Part shown: positions 10,089 through 23,988 of the stretch, piece by piece | Position numbering within the stretch: position 1 is the stretch's first letter | Layout: the number at the start of each line of letters is the position of its first letter | The notes under the pieces: generated by a model | The model's input: the letters and a program-made list of their open reading frames with translations, nothing else | What the model was told of the DNA's origin: nothing | Databases searched by the model: none | From: Methanotrichaceae archaeon | GTDB taxonomy: Archaea > Halobacteriota > Methanosarcinia > Methanotrichales > Methanotrichaceae | Direction of reading: 5' to 3' | Assembly (NCBI GenBank): GCA_963803145.1 | Contig: CAWDLW010000013.1 | Coordinates: 20,721-84,720 of the forward strand | Length of the DNA: 64,000 nucleotides | Program-made: the position numbers and the translations under genes

Positions 10089-11234
10089 TTACTCTAAATA
10101 ATCCGATATTAAGGTGATCATATTTGCTACCATTTTAGTTACGCTAAAGTTTTGTTTTATGCGAAGCTTATTGGCGCAGCCGGCGTTCTTACGAAGTTCT
10201 AAATCAGAGACGAACTTCAAAATATTCATCGCCAATAGCGTTGGATCATGAGAGGGAGATAAGAACGGATTTCCATCATTGCCCACAGTCTCCCGAATGC
10301 CACTAACATCTGTGCCGACAACTGGGAGTCCAGATGCCATATATTCAAGCACTGCATTAGGACATCCTTCAGCATGAGAGCATAATATACCTACATCGAC
10401 TGCATTTAACAATCCTGAGACATCATTTACCTTTCCCATAAATCGGATATGGTGTCCTAGTTCCAATTCCTCTGATAATTTTATCAATGATTCATGGGTC
10501 TCATCAAATCTACCGGCCAGTAATAAAAGTGCAGAAGGTCCATTATTTTCTTTCAATTGGTCTAAAACTATGCGCCAGGCTCGTAATAGAGTATCATGAT
10601 CTTTGCTTTTGTTTAAATTGGCAACCATACAGGCGATAAAGCAGATATCACTTACACCCAACATTTTTCGCCACTCTCGGCGATCATATTTAGGCGGCGT
10701 TAACTCTACACCATTTGGAACCAGCTTAATCCGTTTATCAGCAATTTTTAAATTCTGGCGAATGAAGTTTACGCCATGACGAGAATTGGAGATAAAGCAA
10801 GAAGCATTGTGGATAGCCATACGTCCAATCCATCCTTCTACATGTAATGGCAGCACATCACGCTGGTTCCAAATGCATGCCTTAGCACCTGTTAATGGCC
10901 AGATTGCACAACAGCATAGATTTGGCGTCCTGGTATATGGGAGAATTATATCCGGTTTCGCTTTGCGCAAAGTCCATGCGAAGTTCAAAAGATGCAATAA
11001 ATTGGGAATAAGCCAGCTCGATAAAGGGTTTTGCACTATCCTCCATTTCATCCCATATTCTTCGCACAGCTCCTTTGTGCGTCCCGGTTTACTAAAGCCC
11101 CACACTTCAACATTCATTTCATATTCATCATGAAGAGATTTAGCAAGAAGCATTGCCTGTCGTTCTGCTCCTCCCAACTCAAGGGTGGGAAATACAAAAA
11201 TTATGCGCTTTCCTGCAAGCAATGGTGCCCTCAT
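10089..11234 (-). CDS. Glycosyltransferase family 4
   Basis: GGAERQ, EGCPNAVLEYMASGLP. Confidence 0.92.
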   Translation of the reverse strand: MRAPLLAGKRIIFVFPTLELGGAERQAMLLAKSLHDEYEMNVEVWGFSKPGRTKELCEEYGMKWRIVQNPLSSWLIPNLLHLLNFAWTLRKAKPDIILPYTRTPNLCCCAIWPLTGAKACIWNQRDVLPLHVEGWIGRMAIHNASCFISNSRHGVNFIRQNLKIADKRIKLVPNGVELTPPKYDRREWRKMLGVSDICFIACMVANLNKSKDHDTLLRAWRIVLDQLKENNGPSALLLLAGRFDETHESLIKLSEELELGHHIRFMGKVNDVSGLLNAVDVGILCSHAEGCPNAVLEYMASGLPVVGTDVSGIRETVGNDGNPFLSPSHDPTLLAMNILKFVSDLELRKNAGCANKLRIKQNFSVTKMVANMITLISDYLE

Positions 11235-11278
11235 AAATTCCCTGAAGTATGCATAAAATTTTATGATATCTATGCGCC

Positions 11279-13159
11279 CTACTCAAACTCAATATTAGGA
11301 TTTTGTTCCAGCCACAATCCCAGAACCAGTAGCAGCCATAAAACATCTGAGTTATCACGATCAGTGGTATGGGTGAAGATATATGATCTTAATACATCCA
11401 TATCAAACCACTTTCCAAACTTCGAGCCCTGACTCGATAGAACCCTCTCGATCATTTTGCGACCGAGATGGCCTGGAAGAAACCATATCTTCCGTGGAAT
11501 GGCAAATCCCTGTTTCTTGCGATGGACGAATTCAAAGGGGAAAATCTTCTCCAGAATTCTCTTAAGGAGATATTTGCTATTGAGATTGCCTGTGACATCT
11601 TTCCTGAATCGTTGTGCGAGTGGAAGATGGCTTGCGAGTCCAATCATATTCAGATCAATGATAGGGGTTCTGACTTCCAGGCCATGATACATACTGGCCA
11701 CGTCCACCTTGGTAAGGATATCACAGGGCAGATAGGTCTTATAATCCAGGTACTGAGCATAGGCCAAGCGGTCGAAATCCTGAGCACTCTTAGATGCCTC
11801 CTGGAAAAGTTCGCATTCCTGGCTCGCAAGATATCGATATTCTGGGAGCCACAGGGCATTACGGGACCGGTCATCCATATAAAATATGCATTTCTGCCAT
11901 TCTCTTAGATCATAGATATATCTTCTTTCTATTGACTCCTTAAGCAGATTCAAACCTGTAGATATTGCAAGCTTAGGCGCCTTCGGAAATATCTTGCAGA
12001 CATACCTGAACGATCCTTTTTCCATCCATCGGGCATAGGACTGGTATCCCGCAAATGTCTCGTCTCCGCCATCACCGGATAAAACAAAGGGCACATGCCT
12101 GCGCGCTAAGCGGGAAACGCACCAGGTAGGAATTGAGGAGCTATCCCCAAAAGGCTCACCATAGTGCCTTACCAATTCAGGCAGAACCTCAAGTATGTCC
12201 TCACGAACTATCTCAGTGTAAAGCTCTAACCCAAGCTTTTTTGCAGCTTCCTTTGCATACTCAAGTTCAGAGAAATCTTTCTCCTCGAATCCAATAGAAA
12301 ATGCACTGACCGGATGCTTAAGGATCTCACTCATTTTCATGGCGACCAGAGTAGAATCTATGCCGCCTGATAAGTAGACGCCAAAAGGAACATCTGCAAT
12401 CAGGTGAGCTTCGACCGATTCTGATAAAGCAGAATCTACACGATCCAGCCAATCGGAATCCGAGAGTCCATCATCAGGCTCGAACTGGAAATCCCAGTAG
12501 GCTACAGGGTCTCCGATATGGCCATTAAAATCTACGACCAGATAATGAGCAGGCAGAAGCTTGAATATACCTTTATAGATGGTATGGGGCGCTGGTATGT
12601 ACTGAAACCTCAAATAAAGATCTACTGACTGAAGGTCTCCCTTTGGGAGATCGCCCTGAACATCACGAAGAGCGGTAATCTCAGAGGCAAAGGCAAGATA
12701 ACCCTTGCCCTGACGGTAATATAATGGCTTGATCCCGAAATGGTCCCGGGCCAATAGCAACCTTTTATTCTGGAAATCCGCTATGCCGAAGGCAAACATG
12801 CCCCTGAATCTTTTAACACACTCAGGCCCCCATTCCTCGTAAGCATGCACTATTACCTCTGTATCGGATCTTGTAGCAAAGCGGTGGCCTTTCTGCTCAA
12901 GAACAGCCCTCAAATCGAGATAGTTATAGATCTCGCCATTATAAGTTATCCAGATCTGGCCATCCTCGTTGCACATCGGCTGCTTTCCGCCTTCTAAATC
13001 GATAATAGATAGCCTTCGGTGTCCTAACGCCACTCCATTTCTGAGGAAAATTCCCTCTCCATCCGGCCCTCGATGAGATATAGCCTGGGTCATATGCTCT
13101 ATCTCAGATCGCTCTGCCGATCTGCCGTCCCATTGAACAATACCCGCAATTCCGCACAT
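11279..13159 (-). CDS. asnB: Asparagine synthase-like glutamine amidotransferase (probably sugar-acid amidation)
   Basis: MCGIAG, HRGPD, LSGGIDS, LSGDGGDE; inside a polysaccharide cluster. Confidence 0.92.
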   Translation of the reverse strand: MCGIAGIVQWDGRSAERSEIEHMTQAISHRGPDGEGIFLRNGVALGHRRLSIIDLEGGKQPMCNEDGQIWITYNGEIYNYLDLRAVLEQKGHRFATRSDTEVIVHAYEEWGPECVKRFRGMFAFGIADFQNKRLLLARDHFGIKPLYYRQGKGYLAFASEITALRDVQGDLPKGDLQSVDLYLRFQYIPAPHTIYKGIFKLLPAHYLVVDFNGHIGDPVAYWDFQFEPDDGLSDSDWLDRVDSALSESVEAHLIADVPFGVYLSGGIDSTLVAMKMSEILKHPVSAFSIGFEEKDFSELEYAKEAAKKLGLELYTEIVREDILEVLPELVRHYGEPFGDSSSIPTWCVSRLARRHVPFVLSGDGGDETFAGYQSYARWMEKGSFRYVCKIFPKAPKLAISTGLNLLKESIERRYIYDLREWQKCIFYMDDRSRNALWLPEYRYLASQECELFQEASKSAQDFDRLAYAQYLDYKTYLPCDILTKVDVASMYHGLEVRTPIIDLNMIGLASHLPLAQRFRKDVTGNLNSKYLLKRILEKIFPFEFVHRKKQGFAIPRKIWFLPGHLGRKMIERVLSSQGSKFGKWFDMDVLRSYIFTHTTDRDNSDVLWLLLVLGLWLEQNPNIEFE

Positions 13160-13170
13160 AAAACCGCTAT

Positions 13171-13962
13171 TTAGAATGGCTTTTCGCCGACGACATATAT
13201 AAAAGGCGCGAGCGTTCTTGCGCCATCGAACTTATTCATCTTAACTAGCCCTGAATCAAGAGCTGAGCTGATCTTACGTATCACAGGAACAAGGCTGCTA
13301 CACAACCTGGGCCAGCGTTGATAAATCTCCCAGGCTACAATGTTGAGAGATAATATGCCCAAATAGTAGCCGCGGATATTCTTAGCCCCAGCCCGGCTAT
13401 ATGCATCAATCAGCCTATCCCTGCTTATTAATTCATGCTTTTTCAACAGCTCCGGCTGCCAGACCCACGATAGAAATCCATGGATAGAGAAATACAGATT
13501 GGGAACCTCAGTTAGCAAGACGCCACCTGGCTTAACGAATTCCATAAGCTTTGATAACACCCGATCAAGATCAGCAAAGTGCTCAACAACACCCAGACTA
13601 AATACAAGATCATACTGCCCAACATCATCTGGGCCGATGCCGAATATATCTTCACAGAATATATCGCCGTTTATCCCTTCAAGCTTCAATCTTCGCCGAG
13701 CGAGTTCGCAGCCCTTCTCAGAATAGTCTATGCCTGAAACACGCACATTGGCGGCGCGTGATAAGTAAGGGAGCCAGACAGAATTCCCACAACCTATCTC
13801 TAATACCGTCTGTGGACGGCAGCGCTTGATCTCGGTAAAAAGCATATGCTCTAGAGCTAGGGAATCATAATTGCTTGGATGCCAATTGCTATATGTAGGT
13901 ACCTTAAGGTCGTTATAGATATTATCCCAATGACTCTTTTGTGCTAGATCTTCTTGCGACAT
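13171..13962 (-). CDS. Class I SAM-dependent methyltransferase
   Basis: VLEIGCGNS, GIDYS, FSLGVVEH, KPGG. Confidence 0.88.
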   Translation of the reverse strand: MSQEDLAQKSHWDNIYNDLKVPTYSNWHPSNYDSLALEHMLFTEIKRCRPQTVLEIGCGNSVWLPYLSRAANVRVSGIDYSEKGCELARRRLKLEGINGDIFCEDIFGIGPDDVGQYDLVFSLGVVEHFADLDRVLSKLMEFVKPGGVLLTEVPNLYFSIHGFLSWVWQPELLKKHELISRDRLIDAYSRAGAKNIRGYYLGILSLNIVAWEIYQRWPRLCSSLVPVIRKISSALDSGLVKMNKFDGARTLAPFIYVVGEKPF

Positions 13963-15110
13963 CCTGGCTCCGTTCTACATTGAATCCTTTTTTTAAAACG
14001 CTGAGCCCGATGCTTCAAATGATAGGCAATGCGGTTCGGATATGTAAACCCACGCCTCCGATCCCTCAGCCTTTGTCTGACAACTTCGAGATTGTCGTTA
14101 TCAAATGGATCAGAACGTGCTCTCCTATGATTGACTATGATCCCGGCCATAAGTTCCCAGACCTTATCGGGATTATAGTCTCTCCTCCAGCGCTTCCAGC
14201 CTCTTACGGCCACTTCACGCTGATCTGCGGGATGAGCAAGATAATAATTCGTAAGCTCAATGCACTCTTCTATAGAATCAAACCCCTCTGCCTCCTTTCC
14301 CAACTCATATATCTCACCCAGGTGGGATTTGTTATCGCAGATCTGCATGACTCCATAGGCAGGCAGCTCATATGTCCTGAAGTTGATTGGACCGCTGGAG
14401 TTGTGAAAGTTCCATCCTATCTGTGATTGGCGGTAGGTCTGCCACATCTCATCCCATCCTATAGGACCTTTCGGCCATCCTCTCCCGGCAAAGAATGCTT
14501 CGGGAAAAGCTCTAGCCATTGCATCCATTCTCCCGCCACGATAGCTGGTACGGCCGCCAATAAAGACAATAGGAATCTTGCGCTGGGATATATCGCCAAT
14601 AACATCCTCATTTAGATCGATAACTTCATCCACCGTGGTTAGAGAGCCCAGTGGGCAGAAGTAGACGTTCTTCAAGCCCCAGCTACGATACATATCCAGG
14701 CAGGCTATATTATTTATCAGATGAACATCAAAAGCTGGAGCCAGCGGTTTAGTCAGTATCTCTGTGCTCTCAGGATCGTCGCCAGCGGTATAAACCTTCA
14801 ACACACCCGAGAGCATCTTCACGAAGTCAGGATGAAGGTTGGCTCCATTATATAGAATCAGAACATCTCTGTCCACCAGCTTTTCAGCCAACTGCTCGTA
14901 TATATCCATCAACGCCGGATCCCCAATTACCCATCGGAAATCAAGCTCAGGAAATGGCAGCCATCGTCGATTTAGCGAAGGAGGAGTATTGCAAAGTCCC
15001 TCGATATCATAGCCTTGTTCCTTTCTGCGCTTGAGCAGCCTCTCGTGCCAGGCCACTGTCCATTCATCAGCAGCACTGTACACCCAGAGATAGCGAAGCG
15101 ACTTGGTCAT
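13944..15110 (-). CDS. Glycosyltransferase, CgeB/Glyco_trans_1_2-like
   Basis: VFIGG..YR, GRGW, IGWNFHNS..NFRTYELPAYG. Confidence 0.75.
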   Translation of the reverse strand: MTKSLRYLWVYSAADEWTVAWHERLLKRRKEQGYDIEGLCNTPPSLNRRWLPFPELDFRWVIGDPALMDIYEQLAEKLVDRDVLILYNGANLHPDFVKMLSGVLKVYTAGDDPESTEILTKPLAPAFDVHLINNIACLDMYRSWGLKNVYFCPLGSLTTVDEVIDLNEDVIGDISQRKIPIVFIGGRTSYRGGRMDAMARAFPEAFFAGRGWPKGPIGWDEMWQTYRQSQIGWNFHNSSGPINFRTYELPAYGVMQICDNKSHLGEIYELGKEAEGFDSIEECIELTNYYLAHPADQREVAVRGWKRWRRDYNPDKVWELMAGIIVNHRRARSDPFDNDNLEVVRQRLRDRRRGFTYPNRIAYHLKHRAQRFKKRIQCRTEPGCRKKI

Positions 15111-15898
15111 AGAGACCTTTTATAAATTCCGACCCAGGAGTCGCGGAGATGGAATATGCGCCCATTCAATAATCCGTTCTGATACAGCCTCTCTACACCT
15201 GAGCAAACTGAATGAATCCAATTGTACTTCTCTGCTAGATCTAGGTTAAAATCATGCCAGAGGATATATGATCCAGGACTCATATGCCTGAGGATCTTAA
15301 CAGTATCATTATAGACAAAATCGGCATCATGACAGCCATCGATGAATGCTACATCGATATCGCCAATATCTGGCTCCCAGGTCGCAGTATTTGCAAATAT
15401 TTGGGTTATATTATTTAATCCTCTTTCTCGGTAATAAGCGCCAATCTTATCCTTTTCAAAGGCAGCTGTAGTCAATATTCCCCCTTCTCCAGAGATAATC
15501 TCCTCTGGAGGTATATTCACAGTAAAAACGCGAGCCTTTGGGGCATTTATAGCCATTAATGCTGTGCCATGTCCCTCCGCGGTTCCTATCTCCAGAGCAA
15601 TCCTGGGATTCGAGTTACACATCACAGTGGCAATGCTCTCAGCATCCCTGATACGCCTCTGGTTGACATCCTCCAGGTAGCTGAATTCATATAGGGTTGG
15701 ATCGTCCAGTACTGGCAGATTTTTCCACCCAAAGATATTACATAGATCCGAAATCTGATTCAGCTCTATGACTGATCTTTGCAAATTTGGGAACGTATTC
15801 TGCGAGCAAAGGCTTAGTAACTTGAATTTCAATCTACCTATCATAAAATTTCCCGCCTTGGGATCATGAGGAAATGGCCAGCTGATCTTTTGATTCAT
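15107..15898 (-). CDS. Class I SAM-dependent methyltransferase (Methyltransf_24-like)
   Basis: ALEIGTAEG, AFIDGCH...VYND, PGSYILWHDF. Confidence 0.82.
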   Translation of the reverse strand: MNQKISWPFPHDPKAGNFMIGRLKFKLLSLCSQNTFPNLQRSVIELNQISDLCNIFGWKNLPVLDDPTLYEFSYLEDVNQRRIRDAESIATVMCNSNPRIALEIGTAEGHGTALMAINAPKARVFTVNIPPEEIISGEGGILTTAAFEKDKIGAYYRERGLNNITQIFANTATWEPDIGDIDVAFIDGCHDADFVYNDTVKILRHMSPGSYILWHDFNLDLAEKYNWIHSVCSGVERLYQNGLLNGRIFHLRDSWVGIYKRSL

Positions 15899-17177
15899 TC
15901 ATCGGATAGGTGACCCAGGGAATAACTGGAGCAAGCTTCCCTCTAATAGGTTCTGCAAGATAAGCCCGATTCGCTATACCCGTACGCTCTACGAGTAACC
16001 TTATTCTAATCCCGGAGGGAGGAGTGCAATATCTCACATTGAATATAGTTGCATATATTCTCAATTCATATATAGTGGGCGCCAGCAGATCCGCCGGTAT
16101 GATCGCCTTGGAGGTATAATATCCAGGTTCCATAACAGGAATTCCTTCTGCTCCTTCATCGTGGAAACTGCGGAAAAGAAGAGTATCTTCCGTGTCGCAC
16201 AGATCGAAAAATACCCTAAGACCAGTAGTTCTCTGAAGCACCTCATAGTGGACAATTAGCTCTAAGGGGCTGCCATTGCCGATGTTCTGAATTACAGATG
16301 TGCCATCTTGTCTAAGTTCTATCCCCCTGAGACGAAAAGCTGGGTCCGAGGGCAGGCCGGATATCATCTTCTCGAAGTTATCATAGGTTATCGAGACGCG
16401 TGGGTCCTCCAAGTACTTGGCTACCACAGCAGAGGCAGCTCCATCTTCCACCAGCCGCCCCGCGTCCAGCAATATCGCCCTGTCGCATAGATGCCTTATA
16501 GCCTGCATGTTATGGCTTACGAAAAATATAGTTCGCCCCTCTTTTGCGACATCACCCATTTTTCCAAGGCATTTCTTCTGGAAGGCGGCATCTCCTACTG
16601 CCAGAACCTCATCCACCATTAGTATCTCAGGATCCAGGTTTGCTGCCACTGCGAAGGCCAGCCTGACATACATTCCGCTGGAGTAGCGCTTGACAGGAGT
16701 ATCAAGAAACTTCTCTATCTCGGCGAACTTGACTATATCATCGAACTTATCATCTATTTCCCGCCTTCTCATGCCCAGTATGGAGCCGCTCAGGTAGACA
16801 TTCTCTCTTCCTGTAAGCTCAGGGTGAAAGCCCGTTCCTACTTCCAATAAGGAGCCTACGCGACCGTGAAGCTCCACATATCCTTCAGTAGGATTAGTAA
16901 TTCTTGAGAGCAGCTTCAAGAGTGTGCTTTTACCGGCGCCGTTCCGGCCTATAATGCCCACCACTTCGCCCTGATCCACATCAAATGATACATCTTTGAG
17001 AGCCCAGAAATAATTAGAACCTCTAGAACCTTCGTCATTGTTCTGCTGATGCCTTAACCATTGAATGGGCATTACTGCAGCTCCGGCTAAGGCTTCTCTT
17101 AAGGTTTTATACGGCTCTCGAAGGCCGATGCGATAACGCTTTCCCAAGTTTTCTATATGGATTACACTACGCGTCAT
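15864..17177 (-). CDS. wzt: Polysaccharide ABC transporter ATP-binding subunit with C-terminal Wzt_C domain
   Basis: GRNGAGKST Walker A, YSSGM signature, VDEVLAVGD Walker B, about 170-aa C-terminal extension. Confidence 0.92.
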   Translation of the reverse strand: MTRSVIHIENLGKRYRIGLREPYKTLREALAGAAVMPIQWLRHQQNNDEGSRGSNYFWALKDVSFDVDQGEVVGIIGRNGAGKSTLLKLLSRITNPTEGYVELHGRVGSLLEVGTGFHPELTGRENVYLSGSILGMRRREIDDKFDDIVKFAEIEKFLDTPVKRYSSGMYVRLAFAVAANLDPEILMVDEVLAVGDAAFQKKCLGKMGDVAKEGRTIFFVSHNMQAIRHLCDRAILLDAGRLVEDGAASAVVAKYLEDPRVSITYDNFEKMISGLPSDPAFRLRGIELRQDGTSVIQNIGNGSPLELIVHYEVLQRTTGLRVFFDLCDTEDTLLFRSFHDEGAEGIPVMEPGYYTSKAIIPADLLAPTIYELRIYATIFNVRYCTPPSGIRIRLLVERTGIANRAYLAEPIRGKLAPVIPWVTYPMNESKDQLAISS

Positions 17178-17180
17178 TTC

Positions 17181-17315
17181 CTACTCCACATCGGCGAAGA
17201 TCCTTCCTATTCGCTTGAAGTAATATGCATCAGAAATCATGAGCACAATTACCATCATAACTGAAACCACTATATTGGCACTCGGTGGTGTGATCCCTAA
17301 TAATGCCCAGCTGAA
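17181..17315 (-). pseudogene. 3' remnant of a second wzm permease
   Basis: FSWALLGITPPSANIVVSVMMVIVLMISDAYYFKRIGRIFADVE* aligns without gaps to the C-terminus of 19580..20485 (FRWALLGTAPPS...ISGAFYFKRMERTFADVV*). Confidence 0.85.
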
Positions 17316-17370
17316 GATTTATATCACCAAGAGATTCTTCAAGTATTTCAGCTATAAAGATTTGCCAGAC

Positions 17371-18624
17371 CTATATCTTTACATATGATGATATCTTTGG
17401 CAATTGACTATTCGAGGAGAACGCACCCTTTACATCGATGACCACAGGTCGCTCTTCGGCTATCATGGCCATATTGTCTTGAATAAATCTCTTGACCTCA
17501 TCATGTGGAACTGCTATAATAAGACAATCTGCCTTTATGCTTCCAGGATCATCCAGAGGGATCAATCCGAATCGCATCACATCTGCTCTGTCAAGCAATG
17601 GATCGAATCCATAGATATCTGTGCCGTATCCTTTAAGCTCGTTCACGATCTCTCCGGCCTGGCTCTCTCTCACGTCAGGCACATTCTCTTTGTAGGTCAG
17701 GCCCATTATCAGGATCTTAGAGCCCATTATTACCTTTCCCATTTTGTTCAGGCCTTTGATTGCCAATTCAGCAACATATTTCGGCATATAGTCATTGATA
17801 GCCCGACCTGCTAGTATGACTCTCGGATGATACCCAAGCTCCCTTGCCTTATACACCAGGTAATAGGGATCTACAGGGATGCAGTGACCGCCAACCAGCC
17901 CAGGAGAATATTTATGGAAGTTCCATTTGGTTCCCGCTGCATTTAGTACCGCTTGAGTATCGAGTCCCATTTTATGGAAGATCATCGCTAGCTCATTCAT
18001 AAGAGCGATATTCAGGTCTCTCTGGATATTCTCAATAACCTTGGCGGCCTCAGCAGTCTTTATGTTTTCTGCGATGTATACGTTTGTAATCAGGCCGTAC
18101 AGCCCAGCCAGCTGATCCAATGACTCCTTGTCCATCCCTGAGACGATCTTGGTTATTTTATCGATAGTATGAGATTCGTCACCAGGATTAACTCTCTCAG
18201 GAGAATAACCGATCTTAAAGTCTATCCCGCATTGCAGTCCAGACCTGTCTTCCAGTATAGGCGCCACGATATCCTCTGTAACTCCGGGATATACTGTGGA
18301 CTCTAGTACTACGATAGCACCTCGCTTCAGGTTCTTGCCCACAATATCTGCAGCAGATTTTACTGGAGACAGATCTGGCTCCTTGGACTTAGTAACCGGC
18401 GTGGGGACGCAGATAATTACGAAATCAGCTTGCTTAATCACAAAAGGATCTGATGCACATGATAAGCTGCCTTTGATGCTTCTTTTGATTCTGTCGATTT
18501 TGTTTGAATCGATATCGAACCCTACTGTCTTGATTTGCCTGGAGAATGCCTTCGCTAGAGGCAGGCCAACATATCCAAGGCCAACCACGCACACAATTTT
18601 ATCTTTCAGCTCTTCTGGAACCAT
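17371..18624 (-). CDS. UDP-N-acetylhexosamine 6-dehydrogenase (WbpO/TviB-like)
   Basis: VVGLGYVGLP, CVPTP, ESTVYPG, GGHCIPVDP. Confidence 0.9.
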   Translation of the reverse strand: MVPEELKDKIVCVVGLGYVGLPLAKAFSRQIKTVGFDIDSNKIDRIKRSIKGSLSCASDPFVIKQADFVIICVPTPVTKSKEPDLSPVKSAADIVGKNLKRGAIVVLESTVYPGVTEDIVAPILEDRSGLQCGIDFKIGYSPERVNPGDESHTIDKITKIVSGMDKESLDQLAGLYGLITNVYIAENIKTAEAAKVIENIQRDLNIALMNELAMIFHKMGLDTQAVLNAAGTKWNFHKYSPGLVGGHCIPVDPYYLVYKARELGYHPRVILAGRAINDYMPKYVAELAIKGLNKMGKVIMGSKILIMGLTYKENVPDVRESQAGEIVNELKGYGTDIYGFDPLLDRADVMRFGLIPLDDPGSIKADCLIIAVPHDEVKRFIQDNMAMIAEERPVVIDVKGAFSSNSQLPKISSYVKI

Positions 18625-19526
18625 TCTACCGTCTCCTTTAGCCCCGAAATCAGATCGAAATCAGGCTTGTATCCTATGGCTTCTCCCGCTGAAGATATAT
18701 CTGCCAGAGAGTCCTTAATATCCCCAGGCCTCGGGCTTTCGTAAATCGGATCCATCTCTGTGCCTATGAGCTCCATCAGGGCATGCGCCAGATCATTGAG
18801 GCTCACTCTTCTGCCGCACGCTATATTGAAGATGCCCTCAGTATTGCTCTCCATAGCCAGGATATTAGCCTTCACTACATCCTTTACGTAGGTAAAATCT
18901 CTGGTATGCATGCCATCTCCATAGATTATTGGGGGTTTGCCATGCAGGATACGGGTTGTAAATCTTGGTATCACTGCCGCATATTCGGAATCCGGGTTCT
19001 GTCTAGGCCCAAAGACATTGAAATATCTGAGACAAATTGTGCTTAGGCCATATACATCTGAAAACACACGACAGTAATATTCGCCTACTAGCTTGGAGAC
19101 TGCATAGGGGGACTTAGGATTTGGCTTCATGTCCTCTCTTTTGGGTAAGGTCGGGGTATCGCCATATACAGAAGATGATGAGGCAAATATTACCTTACTC
19201 ACACCGCAGTCTCGGGCGGCTACTAATATATTTAGTGTCCCATTGATGTTATTACTATTCGTAGCAATGGGATCATCAATAGATCTCTGAACCGATGGAA
19301 GAGCAGCCTGATGGAAGACATAACTTACCCCTTGAAATAGATTTTTAAGCAAGTTAAGATCGGTTATGCTTCCCTGAATAAATTTGACGCCAGGAATTAT
19401 GTTCTTTATAAATCCGGTAGATAGGTTATCTAACACTATCACTTCATAGTCTTCAGCCAACCTTTCCACCAGGTTCGAACCTATAAATCCGGCTCCGCCA
19501 GTTACAACTATCTTTTCCGATGCCAT
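18606..19526 (-). CDS. NAD-dependent UDP-HexNAc 4-epimerase (WbpP/TviC-like SDR)
   Basis: TGGAGFIG, FHQAALPSV.RS, YAVSK, RYFNVFGPRQ. Confidence 0.88.
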   Translation of the reverse strand: MASEKIVVTGGAGFIGSNLVERLAEDYEVIVLDNLSTGFIKNIIPGVKFIQGSITDLNLLKNLFQGVSYVFHQAALPSVQRSIDDPIATNSNNINGTLNILVAARDCGVSKVIFASSSSVYGDTPTLPKREDMKPNPKSPYAVSKLVGEYYCRVFSDVYGLSTICLRYFNVFGPRQNPDSEYAAVIPRFTTRILHGKPPIIYGDGMHTRDFTYVKDVVKANILAMESNTEGIFNIACGRRVSLNDLAHALMELIGTEMDPIYESPRPGDIKDSLADISSAGEAIGYKPDFDLISGLKETVEWFQKS

Positions 19527-19579
19527 GGGAATCACTTATAACGTTTGCCCAAGTCTTCAACTGCCACTTCATCCATTAT

Positions 19580-22476
<2,897 letters not shown>

Positions 22477-22477
<1 letters not shown>

Positions 22478-23532
22478 TAATCCACTTTCCACCAGCGGTG
22501 AGGGAATTTGGTTTTAAGGATCTGGTCTCCTTTGCCAATAGGCTCGAGACCTGCAGCGCGCATATCTGCATCTACCATGATCTTCACGAGGTCATTAAAC
22601 TTAATCTTGGGATTCCAGCCCAGATACGTCTTTGCCTTTTCTGGGTTGGCAATCAAATTATCCACCTCAGAAGGCCTGAAATATCTGGGGTCTATCTTTA
22701 CATGCTCCTGCCAATCAAGGCCCACATAGGAGAATGCCTCCTGCAAAAATTCTCTTACAGAGTGAGACTCGCCCGTTCCTAGGACGAAATCATCTGGACT
22801 GTCCCTTTGAAGCATCTTCCACATATACTCCACATACTCAGGAGAATAGCCCCAATCCCTTCTGGCCTCTAAATTTCCCATGTAAAGCTGATTCTGTTTC
22901 TTCGCAAGGATGGCAGCAATACCTCTTGTAACTTTTTTGGTGACGAACGTTTCTCCACGTCGAGGAGACTCATGGTTGAATAAAATCCCATTGCATGCGA
23001 AAAGGTTGTAGCCATCCCGGTAATTCCGGGTCATAAAATAGGCATATACCTTAGCGCAAGCATAGGGGCTTCTTGGGCAGAAAAGCGTAGTCTCATCCTG
23101 TGGCGGCGGAGATGAGCCGAACATCTCGCTGCTTGATGCCTGATAGAACCTTATGCAGTTCCCGCTTCTCTTTATTGCCTCCAGAATCCTTGTCGTGCCA
23201 AGTCCCGTGACACTCCCAGTATATTCAGGGATGTCGAAACTTACACGTACATGACTCTGAGCTCCTAAGTTATAGATCTCATCAGGCTTAAGGTTATAGA
23301 TTATGTTGGAGATCTGCTCCGAATCCGAAAGCTCGCCATAATGCATGAACAGCCTGGCACCTAGTTCATGAGGATCGGAATAAATGTGATCTATTCTCTT
23401 AGTATTGAAGGTCGAAGCTCTGCGAATAATGCCATGCACTTCATAGCCTTTATCAAGCAAGAACTCGGCCATATACGAGCCGTCCTGGCCCGTAATTCCT
23501 GTGATTAAAGCCCTTTTGGAAATACAATTCAC
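22477..23532 (-). CDS. gmd: GDP-mannose 4,6-dehydratase
   Basis: [38 protein letters not shown]. Confidence 0.96.
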
Positions 23533-23988
23533 CTTCTAGTTTGAGGTAAGCAAATTCTATGATGAGAGCATAAATGTAATGCAATCCTCAGTTGGAAGAC
23601 AATAATATAACTTTTATCACTTCAACCCAACTCGAGCCATTTTGAACAAAGATGGCATCTGCTGTAGAGAATGCATCCTCTTATCATCGGATCAATTCAG
23701 ATGTATCCCCCATTTGCCTCTTTGAGCTAATTTGAGCCCAAACCGGTTAAATCAGTCTTTTTCACATAGTTCTATTGATATACTTTTATTCTAGCGGTAT
23801 CTACGTTTTCGCCCATAGGGCTCTTGCTACTCATCTTGTGAACTACCATTTAGGAATAGAAGGGTATAAAAGAGTATCTTTCGTAGAATTCAATTATAAA
23901 AATATATAATTATTGAAAAACTAAGGATTTATAGAACATTTTCTAAGCAATGGCTAATAATCCATTTATGGAGATTAAATAAGTCATA

